38,028 nt of DNA, from sequence record SRR31156797_2537; one strand, given 5' to 3'. The notes under the pieces were generated by a model. That model did not search any database. It was not told the origin of the DNA and saw only the letters and a list, made by a program, of their open reading frames with translations. A program made the translations under genes and the position numbers. Shown here piece after piece: positions 9,954-17,647 of this stretch (the first letter of the stretch is position 1; each line of letters begins with the position of its first letter).

Positions 9954-10373
9954 ATGAAATTTTTGCATACAATGGTAAGGGTAAGAGACCTTGATCAGTC
10001 TATTGATTTTTTTACAGAAAAACTTGGCCTGGTTGAAACAAAAAGAAAAGACTACCAAGAGGGCCGCTTCACCCTTCTCTATCTTGCAACGGCACCTGGC
10101 GAACCTGAAGTGGAACTCACCTATAACTGGGATCAGGAAACCGCTTATAGTGAAGGAAGGAATTTTGGCCATTTAGCATTCAGTGTCGATAATATCTACG
10201 ATTACTGTCAAATGTTAATGGACAAAGGAATTACAATTTTAAGGCCCCCAAGGGATGGTCATATGGCATTTATCCGTACCCCGGATCAGATCTCTATTGA
10301 ACTCCTGCAAGAGGGAGAAAAGCTACCCGTCAAGGAGCCATGGGCTTCCATGGAAAACAAAGGGAGCTGGTAA
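9954..10373 (+). CDS. gloA: Lactoylglutathione lyase (glyoxalase I, VOC family)
   Basis: 'LHTMVRV.DL..S..F', 'ELTYNW', 'FGHLAF', 'MAFIRTPD...IEL'. Confidence 0.88.
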   Translation: MKFLHTMVRVRDLDQSIDFFTEKLGLVETKRKDYQEGRFTLLYLATAPGEPEVELTYNWDQETAYSEGRNFGHLAFSVDNIYDYCQMLMDKGITILRPPRDGHMAFIRTPDQISIELLQEGEKLPVKEPWASMENKGSW

Positions 10374-10497
10374 AGAGTGGTTATCACATTTGAGATGCTT
10401 TGATAAGTCAATCCCGCTGTATTATTTTTTCTAGTCCCAAAGCTTTAACCCTCTTTTAGTATTGGGTATTTTGACCATGTTGAACAGGAGTCCGCAA

Positions 10498-12171
10498 TTG
10501 AAACAATCATTGCAAAATACGCTAGAATCACTCTCACGCCCTGAAGTTTCGGCCGCTTTAAAGGGGATTCGAAGGGGAATAGAAAAAGAGTCCCTACGGG
10601 TCAATGACGATTCCAGTTTGGCCTCAACCACCCACCCTGCACTCCTTGGCTCACCACTGACCCATGCGTGGATAACCACAGATTACGCAGAAGCCCAGAT
10701 GGAGTTTATCACGCCGGTGGGCACGGAGGCAAAAAAAACTCTTGGAATACTGGCCGACATCCATCGGCATGTCCATCGTAATATCGATGAAGAATTACTC
10801 TGGCCTGTCAGCATGCCTTGCACTGTTGAAACAGAGGATGATATTGAACTGGCACGCTATGGCAGCTCCAATGACGGCAAAATGAAAACCATTTATCGCA
10901 GGGGCCTTAAAAATCGCTACGGCAGTATAATGCAGACTATCGCCGGAGTGCATTACAACTTTTCCATGCCGGAAAACTTCTGGCCGGTATGGCAGCAAAT
11001 CCAGGGCAACCGGCAACCACTCCAAGACTTCATATCTGAGAGTTACTTAGGTTTGATCCGTAATTTTTTTCGCTTTGGTTGGCTGATCCCGTACCTTTTT
11101 GGTGCTTCTCCTGCCGTTGACGCGTCCTTTACAACGCATGCACGCAGTAAATTACCTCTGAAAAATATGGGCCTAGCAAGCCTGTATCTGCCCCAAGCCA
11201 CCTCCTTAAGGATGAGTAAGCTGGGCTATAACAGCAAAGAGCAAGACAACCTGCCTATCAGTTACAACAGTCTCGCAGAGTTTGTTACCGGGTTACGTCA
11301 GGCAGCAAGCCAACCCAATCCGGTGTTTGAAAAAATTGAGATGAAAAAAAACGGCGAATACCAGCAACTGAATGCTAATACGCTGCAGATGGAGGGTGAA
11401 CTCTATGCTCCGATTCGACCAAAGCGGGTCACCAAAAACGGTGAAAGCCTTTCCGATGCCTTGCAAGCCAGGGGCATCGAATATATTGAAGTCCGTTCTT
11501 TGGATGTCAACCCCTATACTGCAACCGGGGTAGATCTGGACCAGATTCATTTTCTTGATGTTTTCTTGACATTTTGCCTGCTTAAAGACAGTCCCCACCT
11601 TTTAGAGCAACAGCAACTCATAGCTAAGCAAAACCTGAACAAGGTCGCGACCTCCGGCCGGGAGCTCTCTCTGGAACTGCAGGATGGTGATAATAATAAA
11701 TCCCTTGGGAACTGGGCCAAAGATATTTTCTCTGACCTGACTAAGGTGGCACAGTTACTCGACAAGGCAAACCAAGGAGGTAATTACCAGGCGGCTCTGA
11801 ATCACCAACATCAAAAGCTGAAGAATCCCGAGTTAACCCCCTCTGCAAAACTATTAAAGGACATGGCAGAGCAAAAACTAGATATCAACGAACTTGCAAT
11901 GAGCCTTGCTAAAAAACATCGCCAAGAACTGCTAAAAACAGACTATAGCCAAATGCAGGACGGTGAATTTGAATGGGAGGCAGTGGCTTCTCGGCAGAAG
12001 CAACGGGAACTTGAGGAAGCAGAAACATTAAGCTTTGACAGCTTCCTTCACCTCACATTAAACAGTTCCCCTTCAGTGCCGTCGCAATCACAAAGATTAA
12101 AAGGAGACAGTTTCCAGCCATGGCACCCTGGCACTTCGTGCGAAATTGCTTGTTGCGACTCGTTAACATAA
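10498..12171 (+). CDS. gshA: Glutamate--cysteine ligase (E. coli GshA type)
   Basis: 'RGIEKESLRV', 'ITTDYAE', 'WPVSMP', 'GVHYNFS', 'TSLRMS', 'YIEVRSLDVNP'. Likely TTG start at 10498 after AGGAG (ATG 10477 is an alternative). Confidence 0.93.
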   Translation: MKQSLQNTLESLSRPEVSAALKGIRRGIEKESLRVNDDSSLASTTHPALLGSPLTHAWITTDYAEAQMEFITPVGTEAKKTLGILADIHRHVHRNIDEELLWPVSMPCTVETEDDIELARYGSSNDGKMKTIYRRGLKNRYGSIMQTIAGVHYNFSMPENFWPVWQQIQGNRQPLQDFISESYLGLIRNFFRFGWLIPYLFGASPAVDASFTTHARSKLPLKNMGLASLYLPQATSLRMSKLGYNSKEQDNLPISYNSLAEFVTGLRQAASQPNPVFEKIEMKKNGEYQQLNANTLQMEGELYAPIRPKRVTKNGESLSDALQARGIEYIEVRSLDVNPYTATGVDLDQIHFLDVFLTFCLLKDSPHLLEQQQLIAKQNLNKVATSGRELSLELQDGDNNKSLGNWAKDIFSDLTKVAQLLDKANQGGNYQAALNHQHQKLKNPELTPSAKLLKDMAEQKLDINELAMSLAKKHRQELLKTDYSQMQDGEFEWEAVASRQKQRELEEAETLSFDSFLHLTLNSSPSVPSQSQRLKGDSFQPWHPGTSCEIACCDSLT

Positions 12172-12276
12172 CAAGATCAATCCATTGCCAAAGACTGCAG
12201 AAGGACTTCTACCCGCACTTTTTCTCAATATTTCGCAAAATTCGTAAATATTTTTTCGTAACAGATGGCTGTATTC

Positions 12277-12326
12277 ACAAATAAAAGCAAAAATCCCCAC
12301 TACTGGAGAAGTTGGCCTTTATTTGT
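12277..12326. terminator. Long hairpin / probable terminator downstream of the tRNA fragment and rnz
   Basis: Outer arms ACAAATAAA / TTTATTTGT enclose an inner stem CCCCA-ctac-TGGAG; lies between convergent gshA and rnz. Confidence 0.5.
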
Positions 12327-12327
12327 T

Positions 12328-12371
12328 TGGCGCTCTGTGCAGGGTTCGAACCTGCAGCATCAGGATGAAAA
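12328..12371 (-). pseudogene. 3' half of a tRNA-Glu(TTC), anticodon loop to CCA; possible att remnant
   Basis: Minus strand reads TTTTCAT CCTGA TGCT GCAGG-TTCGAAC-CCTGC ACAGAGC G CCA: perfect T-arm, acceptor strand, discriminator and CCA. The 5' half is absent. Confidence 0.7.
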
Positions 12372-12387
12372 ATTTTGGGGAAAAGTC

Positions 12388-13308
12388 TTAGACACTTCTT
12401 CTTTCTATGGGTATCTCAAACTTATACCCATCGTTTAATTGAATCACGTTAGGATGCACTGCTTGTGCTTCAGAGACAAAATCTGCATTAGGCCCATAGC
12501 GTTGTGAAAAATGGGTCAATAGCAACATATTTGCATTGGCATCACGGGCTATTTCGCCGGCTTGAAGCGCTGTCAGGTGGCCATGGGATTCTGCTTTGTC
12601 AGCATCTTGTGCTAAAAAGGTTGATTCGGTTACCAGAACATCCACATTGCGAGCCAAGTCAATGGCTGCCTCACACATCCTGGTGTCCAAGACAAAGGCA
12701 AAAGATTGACCTTTTTTGTGAACACTGACATCCTCAAGCCGTATTAATTTGCCTTGATGGTAGACCTGCCCCTGCGTCTTTAACTCGCCCACAACCCTGC
12801 CTTTAACATCTAAAGCACCCAGCTTTTCCTGAAGCATATTCACACTCTCTTTCTCTTGTACCCTATAGCCGAACGTCTCAATGGTGTGGCTCAAGCGCTT
12901 CGCTGTAATGACCATTTTTTGGTCTTCATAAATAACCCCTCCACTTTCAACCGGATGTGCTTCAATAAAGGCGACATCATGATAACTCGCCACCTCTTTG
13001 ATATTTTCGAAGAATTCAATTCCAGAGGCAGGAAAATATATTTGCACAGTATGCTGGACTCTATCCAATGAGAGACGTTGCAGGATACTTGCTAACCCAA
13101 GACAATGATCACCATGAAAATGGGTTATAAATATTTTGGTGATCTCTGTGGCTGTGACACCACAAAAAATCATCTGCCGCTGGGTGCCCTCTCCTGGATC
13201 AAATAGAAATCCCTCAGTATCCCACTTAAGGAAAGAACCATGCTGATTACGTAAAGTATTGGGTACCTGGCTGGCAGTACCAAGTGCTATGAATCTTCGA
13301 ACGGACAT
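12388..13308 (-). CDS. rnz: Ribonuclease Z (metallo-beta-lactamase fold)
   Basis: 'LGTASQVP', 'FDPGEGTQRQ', 'THFHGDH', exosite arm, 'DTR', 'ESTF', 'HGH', 'THFSQRY'. Confidence 0.92.
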   Translation of the reverse strand: MSVRRFIALGTASQVPNTLRNQHGSFLKWDTEGFLFDPGEGTQRQMIFCGVTATEITKIFITHFHGDHCLGLASILQRLSLDRVQHTVQIYFPASGIEFFENIKEVASYHDVAFIEAHPVESGGVIYEDQKMVITAKRLSHTIETFGYRVQEKESVNMLQEKLGALDVKGRVVGELKTQGQVYHQGKLIRLEDVSVHKKGQSFAFVLDTRMCEAAIDLARNVDVLVTESTFLAQDADKAESHGHLTALQAGEIARDANANMLLLTHFSQRYGPNADFVSEAQAVHPNVIQLNDGYKFEIPIERRSV

Positions 13309-13531
13309 TTAGTGTGTTTTTCTTGACATGTGTTAGGTCAAATGGGCAATAGACCGTTTGTTGATGCTTATGGATACTGTGCGACCAGACTCCCAGTTAC
13401 TCGAATAACAATCTGACCAGAAAAAATGTAACCTCAAAAAAGCGAAGCGACAATAATAGACTGATATAAAAACAAGTTTTAAGAATCAAGATATCCTAAA
13501 AGATAATCACGCAAAAATTCATGTTTAATTA

Positions 13532-13577
13532 TTGACAAAAAACGAGCGAGCTGGCAAGCTAGAACGAATGTTCGGTT
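13532..13577 (+). promoter_or_regulatory. sigma70 promoter and putative TetR operator
   Basis: TTGACA-N17-CAAGCT, followed immediately by the imperfect palindrome AGAACGAATGTTCGGTT (13561-13577). Confidence 0.65.
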
Positions 13578-13603
13578 TAATCCTTTCTACTCTTACAACA
13601 ATC

Positions 13604-14185
13604 ATGATAGTTGCAGACAAGATTACAGATCGCCGTGAACTTATACTAGACACTGCTTTACGCCTCTTTACTGATCGTGGATATTTCAACACCTCGATTC
13701 GTGATATTCAAAAAGAGGCAAACGTAAGCACGGGTTCAATATATCATCATTTTGACACCAAAGAAGCAATCGCAAAAGCTTTATTTGCAAAAATTGAATC
13801 AACAATGGTAGACGAAATTGAATTGATCATGAAAGCTACGCCATCAGCTCATGACAGGTGTAAAGCTGTTCTCAGATATCTCTTTGAGGCCACAGAGAAT
13901 AATAGGGATGCCATGCATTATATGCTTTATGCAAAGCACAATGAATTCATATCTGATGAAGGGCCTGTTTGTACCTCCCGCCCGTTCTCACTCATGAAAG
14001 ATATCATTGTTGAAGGCATAAAAAATGGAGAGGTTCGTAATCTGACCCCCGAAATTATTGGGGTAAACATTTTTGGCGGTGCCATCAGGCTCATTTGTCT
14101 CCGCGTTGATGGGGTGATTGACAAACCACTCCCCATGTATTTGGAAGAGTTCTGGGAATGTGCTTGTAATGGGATAGCAGCGTAG
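13604..14185 (+). CDS. TetR/AcrR family transcriptional regulator
   Basis: 'RRELILDTALRLF..RGY..TSIRDI..EANVSTGSIYHHF.TKE'. ATG 13604 preferred. Confidence 0.92.
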   Translation: MIVADKITDRRELILDTALRLFTDRGYFNTSIRDIQKEANVSTGSIYHHFDTKEAIAKALFAKIESTMVDEIELIMKATPSAHDRCKAVLRYLFEATENNRDAMHYMLYAKHNEFISDEGPVCTSRPFSLMKDIIVEGIKNGEVRNLTPEIIGVNIFGGAIRLICLRVDGVIDKPLPMYLEEFWECACNGIAA

Positions 14186-14204
14186 TATTTTTTTAACTAC
14201 AAAC

Positions 14205-14221
14205 AGAGCGAGCGTTCGATC
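14205..14221 (+). promoter_or_regulatory. Second putative TetR operator
   Basis: AGAGCGAGCGTTCGATC resembles the site at 13561-13577 and sits in front of the downstream cluster. Confidence 0.55.
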
Positions 14222-14243
14222 GGCAAAAACTTTTTAACAACTC

Positions 14244-14750
14244 ATGAAAACGAAGACACAACAACTCACGACCACGATTTTTATTCTTATAGCTATCACA
14301 ATAGGTACTTCCCACCTTTATGCAGCCCAATCTAACAACAGCAGTGCATTGCAGGGAGTTAATGCAACAAAAGCCATTTTCGATATCAACTTTGGGGAGC
14401 CAGAAAAGCTGGAACTCTATCTCAGCGTCATCGAAAAAACCTATAACACCCTACTTCAACAAGGGCATCCTCCAGACTTTGTTATTGCCTTTCGAGGCAG
14501 TTCAGTCCGATTGATTACCACTGAGACCTGGGCTTATAGTGGAGAAGATCAACTCCATTTACAAAAGGGGGCTGCCCTTCTCAAAAAAATCAGTGAGCAG
14601 GGAGTCCAACTTGAAGCATGCACCATTGCTACCAAACTATTCAAAATAGACAATACTACCCTCCTCTCAGTAGTGAAGCCCGTGGGTAATACATTCGTAT
14701 CGCTTATCGGTTACCAATCTAAAGGGTACGCCCTTATACCGATTCAATAA
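14244..14750 (+). CDS. Exported DsrE/DsrF-like family protein
   Basis: Signal peptide; 'KAIFD', 'VIAFRG', 'GVQLEAC' (conserved Cys), 'YQSKGYALI'. Confidence 0.75.
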   Translation: MKTKTQQLTTTIFILIAITIGTSHLYAAQSNNSSALQGVNATKAIFDINFGEPEKLELYLSVIEKTYNTLLQQGHPPDFVIAFRGSSVRLITTETWAYSGEDQLHLQKGAALLKKISEQGVQLEACTIATKLFKIDNTTLLSVVKPVGNTFVSLIGYQSKGYALIPIQ

Positions 14751-14809
14751 TTTAAAGGCTCTTTAAGACAGATATGGGGTTACTACCAATGTGTTTGATA
14801 ACGCCTAAC

Positions 14810-15247
14810 ATGCGAAAGCTGCTTACCAGTACAATAGTGACAGCGGCACTGGCCTTAAGCTGTTCGCCTGCTGCCATGAGCAAAACAGTTACACTCAGAA
14901 CGGTTTCAGCAGAAGTTTTTCAAGACACTGCTCGTCAGCACTTCTGGCGGGTTAATCGGTCCAGGAAATTAAAAAACACAGAAGAGGTCAGCGCATACCT
15001 GACGACTCTCAATCAAGGGAAATACAATGATTGGAGACTACCGACCAAACAGGAATTGTTTCAGCTTTTTTCCGACTTTGACCTGAAGCAAAACGGCAAT
15101 CTCAAAATCCGATTAGAAGGCAATTACTGGCTTACAAATGACATGGGACAGTCTCATGTCGGTACGTGGGAAATCGGTGACCAATGTGGTCCTTCCCGCA
15201 CCTTTTATAAAGGGAAAGCCGGTTATTTAAGGGCAATTCGCCCCTAA
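14810..15247 (+). CDS. Exported DUF1566 (Lcl domain) protein
   Basis: Signal peptide; 'LN.G.YNDWRLPT.QEL', 'YW', C-terminal 'LRAIR'. ORF extends upstream to 14774. Confidence 0.75.
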   Translation: MRKLLTSTIVTAALALSCSPAAMSKTVTLRTVSAEVFQDTARQHFWRVNRSRKLKNTEEVSAYLTTLNQGKYNDWRLPTKQELFQLFSDFDLKQNGNLKIRLEGNYWLTNDMGQSHVGTWEIGDQCGPSRTFYKGKAGYLRAIRP

Positions 15248-15269
15248 TTATACAGAATGAGGAAGTAAA

Positions 15270-15773
15270 ATGTTGAAGAAAGTGACAATTGCAATTGTTG
15301 CCTGTCTTATGTTGACCGCTGGAATAAGCATAGCTGACCATTTGGATTCAGCCCAAGTACTGAAAGACAAAATTGCTGCTGCCAAAGCAAATATCCAGTC
15401 CATTGATAACAAAACATTAAATAGTTGGATTGAAAACGATGAAAAAGAGTTTGTACTCTTAGACATCAGAGAGCCTGGTGAAGTGTCAGCCGCCAAAATT
15501 GTGGCTGACGAATCAATGGATATTCCAAGAGGCCTGGTAGAGTTTGTATTTACCAAAAAGATAACAGATCATGACAAGCCAGTTGTTGTGTATTGTAAGA
15601 AAGGGGGAAGAGGAGCACTTGCTGCATCTGCCCTGAAAGAGTTGGGGTACAAAAATGTCTACAACCTTGACGGTGGAATTCTCAAATGGATTACCGATGG
15701 TTATCCGGTAAGCAACTTTTTCGGTGAATTTGAAGTTAAAAATTTTGAGTCTAACTTTCAGAAGAAAAGCTGA
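15270..15773 (+). CDS. Exported rhodanese-like sulfurtransferase
   Basis: Signal peptide; 'LLDIRE', active loop 'YCKKGGRG', 'LDGG..KW'. Confidence 0.9.
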   Translation: MLKKVTIAIVACLMLTAGISIADHLDSAQVLKDKIAAAKANIQSIDNKTLNSWIENDEKEFVLLDIREPGEVSAAKIVADESMDIPRGLVEFVFTKKITDHDKPVVVYCKKGGRGALAASALKELGYKNVYNLDGGILKWITDGYPVSNFFGEFEVKNFESNFQKKS

Positions 15774-15808
15774 CAAAGCAGTTTTCTATTTGAAGCATCA
15801 TAATATCC

Positions 15809-15851
15809 AGCTGCTGAGCTTGACAGGTTAACCTCTTCAAGTTTAGCAGCT
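15809..15851 (+). terminator. Intercistronic long hairpin
   Basis: AGCTGCTGAGCTTGA / TCAAGTTTAGCAGCT 15-bp stem (with G-U pairs) around the palindrome AGGTTAACCT. Confidence 0.5.
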
Positions 15852-15897
15852 TATCTTAATAGTGAGTTATTTTGTTGAAACACAAAATGTCATCAAT

Positions 15898-16560
15898 ATG
15901 AGAAACACTATCTACAAAGAAAAAAAGCATAGAAAAATCATTCAGTTGGCAATGACACTCTTCCTTCCTTTTGTGATTATAGGTGGATATTTTTATCCGC
16001 TTATAGGCTTTACTATTGTCGGGATGATTATGTTTTTCATGACATTAGCGAGCAAACGAGGACGCTTATACTGTGGATGGATTTGCCCAATGGGGTCCTT
16101 CCATGAACGATTCTTATCCAAAATGAGCTTGCAAAATGGTGTCCCATTGTTTTTTAGGCAAACGTGGTTTCGCTGGTTTGTATTTTCGACGATGATGGGA
16201 TTCATGACATACAGACTATACCTTGCATGGGGAGATGCTGAAGCCATTGGTGGAGTTTTTAGGATGATGTGGATTGTATCCATAACATTAGCCATTGCAT
16301 TGGGTCTCTATTATAAGGCAAGAACCTGGTGTGTCATTTGCCCCATGGGTTCACTTCAAGGGGTCATAAGTAAAAATACTTTCCGTTTACAGGTCTCAGA
16401 TGATTGTGTTGGGTGCCAGAAGTGCCAGCGTCTGTGTCCAATCTCAACCTACCCTGGAAATTTTCAGAATGCATTGAGTGGCAAAGTTCCTTCAATTGAT
16501 TGCCTGCGCTGCTATAACTGTATTGAAAACTGCCCAAAAGGCGCCCTCAATTTTCGCTAA
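15898..16560 (+). CDS. Membrane 4Fe-4S binding protein (NapH/MauN-like)
   Basis: About four TM segments; 'CGWICP', 'WCVICP', and two CxxCxxCxxxCP motifs. Confidence 0.88.
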   Translation: MRNTIYKEKKHRKIIQLAMTLFLPFVIIGGYFYPLIGFTIVGMIMFFMTLASKRGRLYCGWICPMGSFHERFLSKMSLQNGVPLFFRQTWFRWFVFSTMMGFMTYRLYLAWGDAEAIGGVFRMMWIVSITLAIALGLYYKARTWCVICPMGSLQGVISKNTFRLQVSDDCVGCQKCQRLCPISTYPGNFQNALSGKVPSIDCLRCYNCIENCPKGALNFR

Positions 16561-16583
16561 TAGAACTTAGGAGCTAGAGAAAT

Positions 16584-17285
16584 ATGATGAAGATAATAAA
16601 TAAGCGACACTTAGAAAGGACGTGTGTCTTCATCTTTCTATTTTTCATTTTTACTGCAAATTGTTTTTCCTCAACGGGTGAACAGTCCGATATTTCAGGA
16701 GAATTACAAAATGGATTTCGGTTACTGACGACTCCAGCCCAAGGAACTGATTTACACTTTACCGTCTATCGGGGTGATTACATCAAGTTTAAATTTCATA
16801 CAGCAGATGAGAGACCATTGCTAGAAATCCCTTCTCTTCATATAAGCCAGGAGCTTACTGCGGATTTGAGCAATGCGCCTTACTTCAAAATGAAAAATGT
16901 CGGCTTGTACCCATTTACCGTGGGAAACATTCGCGGCGAGATACAGGTTATAGAGTATTCCAAGCTCAATTATCAAGCCCTAACAGCAGATGAAGCAAAT
17001 ACGTTTATCAACAGAAAGTCCCCTGTTATATTAGATGTTCGTACAAAGCGGGAATACACCACCGGCCACCTTGAAAATTCTATCCTCATCCCTATTCAAG
17101 AACTTCAGCAAAGATACACTGAGCTGATGCAATATAAAAACCAAGATATCTTTATTTACTGCGCCACAGGCAACAGAAGTGCGGTTGCCTCGAAAATATT
17201 GATAGATAAGGGGTTTACCAGTATTTACAATTTGCGGAACGGCATCTTTGACTGGGCTCAAAAAGGTTACCCAATTATACGATAA
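16584..17285 (+). CDS. Exported rhodanese-domain protein with extra N-terminal beta domain
   Basis: Signal peptide; 'ILDVRT..EY..GH', active loop 'YCATGNRS', 'GI.DW'. Confidence 0.87.
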   Translation: MMKIINKRHLERTCVFIFLFFIFTANCFSSTGEQSDISGELQNGFRLLTTPAQGTDLHFTVYRGDYIKFKFHTADERPLLEIPSLHISQELTADLSNAPYFKMKNVGLYPFTVGNIRGEIQVIEYSKLNYQALTADEANTFINRKSPVILDVRTKREYTTGHLENSILIPIQELQQRYTELMQYKNQDIFIYCATGNRSAVASKILIDKGFTSIYNLRNGIFDWAQKGYPIIR

Positions 17286-17647
17286 ACAACCTAAAAGTGT
17301 TTTTTCTGCACCAAGAAATGCTTCACCAATCCAAGCCCCCACTGTGTCAATATACGTGAGACGCTTACTCTTTCACAATAGATACAAACACATCCGATCC
17401 TATCCGTTTCCGGATTTCCACAAATAAACTGGGGGCAAAGGCCTGTTCGTCTTTCTCCTCAAAGAATCAAACAAAATACAGCAAATTTTCCAGGATCAGC
17501 AACACCGTCCCCTTTTTGTATTAATTATCCATAGTGCCCTCTATTCTGTGGTGTATAATAGGTGTAACACCAACGAACCTACACCTCCGCCACTCCTCCT
17601 CTCGTAAAACCATTCGAGATCCCACCAGGGATGAACAAAGGAGACAT

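Noticed and set aside
12328-12410. Complete or permuted tRNA gene
   Set aside because: No complementary 5' acceptor strand (GCTCTGT) or D-arm on the minus strand on either side; only the 3' half exists.
13532-13603. N-terminal extension of TetR from TTG 13532
   Set aside because: That TTG is the -35 box, and the stretch contains the promoter and operator.
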